Of a stretch of 58,511 nt of DNA, positions 55,606-58,511 are shown one piece after another; the first letter of the stretch is position 1, and each line of letters begins with the position of its first letter. The position numbers and the translations under genes were made by a program. The DNA comes from an uncultured Elusimicrobium sp. Its GTDB lineage: Bacteria; Elusimicrobiota; Elusimicrobia; Elusimicrobiales; Elusimicrobiaceae. The stretch is from the NCBI GenBank assembly GCA_902787065.1, contig CADAFA010000001.1:1-58511 (forward strand), written 5' to 3'. The notes below the pieces were generated by a model. That model did no database searches and was not told where the DNA came from. It worked only from the letters and a program-made list of their open reading frames with translations.

Positions 55606-57769
55606 TTTGTTCTTTTAATTTTTTTTCTTCTTCGTCAAAAATTTTATAAAACTTTTTAGCTGTTGTATTATTTTTATGTTGGGCCAAATAAGCTGTATTT
55701 ACGATATCGTTGGGCCCCTTCATATACAGGTTAAGCCAAACCTTTGCCGTATTGAAATCACGGTGCATGGCTGCAATATCGGCAAGCTGAAAATAGGTAT
55801 TATCATATACAGGGTCCAAATGAAGAGAACGCTTAAAATAAGCTTCAGCCTGCTTATAATATTTCTCCCCTTCAACAAAATCTTTACGCCCGACATTTAA
55901 AGCCATTTTTTTATAAAGCAAACCACGGTTATGCCATACTAAAGCATTGTTAGGGCTTAAGGAAATTTCTTTTTGATAATATTTATCAGCGCGCTCAAAA
56001 TCTGTCATTGGCTCGGTATCCCCTTCTAAGGGTAAAAACTTTTTCCGCATATCAAACCTATTAACAAAAAAGGAGGCCTTAAATTGATTTATACTAGTCT
56101 TAAAAGGGTTTAAACTTAAGGCTTTTGTGTATATAATTCCGGATACAGGATTTTTGTAAATTGACATTGAGGAAGCTACACTCAAATAATGATCTGCAAG
56201 CAAAGTACCGAAACCTTTAAACATTAAAAATGCTGTCAAAGAGAGTATTATTGCCACAAATATTTTTTTGTTTTTCCAAATTTGGTAACCGAAAGCCCAT
56301 AATATTCCAAATGCAGCTGCCAAAAAGAAACCCACGTAAAGCCCAAGCAATAAGATATTATTTGTGAGGGCAATTTGTAAAAATTGATATCCGGTGAATA
56401 TAACCAAAAACAAAATAAAAGAACTTGCCAACACGCATAGAATCACAGAAAAAATACCGAATTTTTTGTTTGTATTATTTTCAGATTTTTTCTTTTCCAA
56501 TCCATCATAAGCTAAGTTAAATAATACACCGTTGAATAAGGCCAAAAAGTACATTGTGGAAACGAAATAAATACTTACGTCAACTAAATTGTGCAAGTAA
56601 ATAGCGCTGCTTGCCATTAAAGCAGCAAGCAAATTGCAGGCAGTTTCTTTGTCATCTATACGTTCAAAATATTTGAAAGCTTTAAAAGCACCTTTCAGTT
56701 GATAAAAAACTAAGTACAAAAATAAACCTAGGCCGAGCAAACCCAAACTTGCCCATTGTTCTAAGAAGAAGTTTTCCGCATGTTGTGTTTCGGCGTTATG
56801 CAAATTTTCCATATAAAAAATATCCGGCCTTTTGTATGCCTGATATATAACCTGGAAAGAGCCAAACCCCGTACCCGTAAGAGGTGTTGCCTGCACCATA
56901 TCCCAAGTTGAACGCCAAGTAGATAAACGGAAATTGACCGACTGCATACGCTTAGCACCGAAATGCACAACCAAAGCACCGCAAGCAAAAAAGAAAATTA
57001 AAGCGGAAATATTTATTATTTTTTTATGCTCGCTTAATTTCGTCTTAAAAAAATTCAAATAGACACCGGCAAAAATAACTAAACTGACACCAAGGCCCAT
57101 CCACGCACCTTTACTTTCCGTAAAAAACATATCGGTAACCAAAATTAAGACAAGCAAAATATACCTTTTATAATGCGTATAGCAAAAACGCGCCAAAACC
57201 ACCATTAAAGAAAATAAAAGATAGTTGCCTAAAAAGTTCGGGTTTGCGATAGTAGAAAATATACGTTTTTGGAAGGCATTAGTCCAATAAAGCAAGTCCA
57301 CCCCTTTGTAGATATAGCAATCTACCACTTGCACCAAACCATAAATACCTACGATCCATGCACATGCGATAACTGCTTTAAAAAGTAAATTTATATCTTT
57401 TTTATCAAACTCAAAAGCAACGATAGAAAAGAAAATACAAATACCCAAAAATTTGAACAAGCTTTCCATCCTGCCCAAAACATAAGGGTGAAAAAAATAG
57501 CCTATTACTACATAACCCACATATAAAATAAACGGCAAAAGTTTAATTAAATTTTGGCGTGTAAAAATATTTTCCCTGCAAATATAAAGTTTTGAAACCC
57601 AGAGCCCCAAAGCCCCAAGGGCGCCCATATAATAGAGGGTTATTTTAACTTGTGCGCTGTCTAAAGAATTTAAGAAAAGCGGCAGAGAAATAAAAAAACA
57701 TAAGGCGGAAAGCCAGTAAGTTAAAAGGCGGCTTTTCCCGGTTTTAACGGGTGTTTCGGTATTTTCCAT
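55595..57769 (-). CDS. O-antigen-ligase-family (Wzy_C) polytopic membrane protein with C-terminal TPR domain (paralog of 53077-55605)
   Basis: Loop NLHNAETQHAENFFLEQWASLGLLGL. C-terminal TPRs (ALVWHNRGLLY.., YYKQAEAYFKRSLHLDP..). ATG at 57769 with GGAGGGGA RBS. 11-nt overlap with the next gene. Confidence 0.65.
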   Translation of the reverse strand: MENTETPVKTGKSRLLTYWLSALCFFISLPLFLNSLDSAQVKITLYYMGALGALGLWVSKLYICRENIFTRQNLIKLLPFILYVGYVVIGYFFHPYVLGRMESLFKFLGICIFFSIVAFEFDKKDINLLFKAVIACAWIVGIYGLVQVVDCYIYKGVDLLYWTNAFQKRIFSTIANPNFLGNYLLFSLMVVLARFCYTHYKRYILLVLILVTDMFFTESKGAWMGLGVSLVIFAGVYLNFFKTKLSEHKKIINISALIFFFACGALVVHFGAKRMQSVNFRLSTWRSTWDMVQATPLTGTGFGSFQVIYQAYKRPDIFYMENLHNAETQHAENFFLEQWASLGLLGLGLFLYLVFYQLKGAFKAFKYFERIDDKETACNLLAALMASSAIYLHNLVDVSIYFVSTMYFLALFNGVLFNLAYDGLEKKKSENNTNKKFGIFSVILCVLASSFILFLVIFTGYQFLQIALTNNILLLGLYVGFFLAAAFGILWAFGYQIWKNKKIFVAIILSLTAFLMFKGFGTLLADHYLSVASSMSIYKNPVSGIIYTKALSLNPFKTSINQFKASFFVNRFDMRKKFLPLEGDTEPMTDFERADKYYQKEISLSPNNALVWHNRGLLYKKMALNVGRKDFVEGEKYYKQAEAYFKRSLHLDPVYDNTYFQLADIAAMHRDFNTAKVWLNLYMKGPNDIVNTAYLAQHKNNTTAKKFYKIFDEEEKKLKEQNAK

Positions 57770-57788
57770 TTCCCCTCCAAAAGACACA

Positions 57789-57861
57789 AGCCGAGAATGG
57801 GGTTCGAACCCACGACCTGCCGCTTACGAAGCGGCTGCTCTACCAGCTGAGCTATCTCGGC
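57789..57861 (-). tRNA. tRNA-Thr (anticodon CGU)
   Basis: Reverse complement GCCGAGA-TA-GCTCAGCTGGTAGAGC-A-GCCGC-TTCGTAA-GCGGC-AGGTC-GTGGG-TTCGAAC-CCCAT-TCTCGGC-T. Confidence 0.9.
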
Positions 57862-57869
57862 ATACAGAC

Positions 57870-57898
57870 ATTTTAGCAATTTTGCACTTAAAGCGCAA
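57870..57898 (-). promoter_or_regulatory. Promoter of tRNA-Thr (and probably of the downstream 19.6-kb gene run)
   Basis: Minus strand TTGCGC (57898-57893), 17-nt spacer, TGC-TAAAAT (57878-57870). The -10 box ends 8 nt before the tRNA 5' end. Confidence 0.5.
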
Positions 57899-57903
57899 AA
57901 GTA

Positions 57904-57921
57904 AGGAAATATATATTTCCT
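57904..57921 (-). terminator. Weak terminator hairpin after pilin paralog 57956-58486
   Basis: AGGAAATA/TATTTCCT palindrome followed on the minus strand by TACTTTTG. Confidence 0.4.
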
Positions 57922-57955
57922 ATTTTTGCCGGTTAACTCTTTTGGTAAATTTTAT

Positions 57956-58486
57956 TTATAAATCCGGGCAAGTATAAAACATATCATTTTTTCCACTTAT
58001 TTCGCTTCGGAAGTCACAATTCATTATTTTTTCGCAAAAAGACTTAACTTCCGGAATATAGGACTTATGTTCATAACAGTAAAGTTTATTATCAGAATTA
58101 ATAAAAAACCCTGCTCCCTTATAAAGTCCTTTATTAAATTGGAATAAAGGAATGCTATCTTTCCCGACAGTTACAACATTTAAGTATAAATTTAAATAAT
58201 CATTGGCTTTACATCCGCCTGTTTTATAGGTAGGTCCTAAATAGGAACAAGTTTTTGAATAACCTTCTAAGTCAATATCTAATTCCTCTAATTTGGACGG
58301 ATAAACGTCATTGGTCATATAATAAATATCTATTGAGTTTTTCATAGTTCTCAATATAGGCAGCATGCTTTTAGCTCTGCTTTTCCAAACTGCCTTTTTA
58401 TATTGCGGCAGAGCAATTGCGGCTAAAATTCCGATAATTAAAACTACTACCAAAAGTTCAAGTAAAGTGAAAGCTTTTTTATTCAT
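57956..58486 (-). CDS. Prepilin-type N-terminal methylation-domain protein (pilin-like paralog)
   Basis: MNKKA/FTLLELLVVVLIIGILAAIALPQYKKAVWKSRAK. The RBS/start block GGAGAAATAAATTATGAATAAAAAAGCTTTCAC is identical to that of 37649. Its promoter lies beyond the window edge. Confidence 0.8.
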   Translation of the reverse strand: MNKKAFTLLELLVVVLIIGILAAIALPQYKKAVWKSRAKSMLPILRTMKNSIDIYYMTNDVYPSKLEELDIDLEGYSKTCSYLGPTYKTGGCKANDYLNLYLNVVTVGKDSIPLFQFNKGLYKGAGFFINSDNKLYCYEHKSYIPEVKSFCEKIMNCDFRSEISGKNDMFYTCPDL

Positions 58487-58511
58487 AATTTATTTCTCCG
58501 TATTTTAGTTT

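Overview
AT-rich bacterial chromosomal window with about 60 protein genes, 4 tRNAs and one IS200-type insertion sequence. No CRISPR array, rRNA or prophage integrase was seen. The many prepilin-type paralogs starting MNKKAFTLLELLVVVLIIGILAAIALPQY, together with the gene content, remind me of Elusimicrobia-like genomes. That is an impression, not a search result.

Layout:
- 1-22 kb is mostly housekeeping on the + strand: S1-like protein, yebC-ruvC, malic enzyme plus two-subunit class I fumarase, a TolC-like/patatin/TPR block, coaX, psd-pssA, two tRNA-Leu, a cell-wall amidase, NIF3, an M20 peptidase and prepilin peptidase.
- 22-29 kb holds an IS200-like element, a 953-aa Cys-rich giant pilin, infC-rpmI-rplT, tRNA-His, luxS and asnS.
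- 29-38 kb holds a two-gene unknown module, an LpoB-like three-lipoprotein cluster, an FKBP isomerase and gpmA.
- 38.2-57.8 kb is a single co-directional minus-strand run of 18 genes. It encodes a complete type IV filament (T4P/T2SS-like) machine: a PilM-N/GspL-like fusion, PilO/GspM-like, PilP/GspC-like, secretin, ATPase, platform protein and six consecutive (pseudo)pilins. Upstream of these are two tandem O-antigen-ligase-family/TPR membrane proteins and an OmpA-like/Ig-like protein. Downstream are an HExxH protein, a TPR protein and pyrR.

Most interesting signals:
1. Scattered pilin-like paralogs share a conserved promoter/leader cassette whose -35/-10 spacer is a homopolymeric T tract of very different length (27, 17 and 12 nt). 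This is a candidate phase-variable pilin repertoire.
2. A giant modular pilin has about 82 Cys, internal Cys-Trp repeats and a poly-Gly hinge, and is driven by a consensus promoter.
3. A GC-rich, highly structured ~150-nt candidate ncRNA lies between two copies of the tRNA-Leu(CAG) 3' fragment plus terminator.
4. coaX is split by a 1-nt frameshift in an A7 run.
5. tRNA genes share a TTGCTAAAAT promoter that leaves almost no 5' leader.

All functional calls come from motif recognition by eye. No database searches were run.
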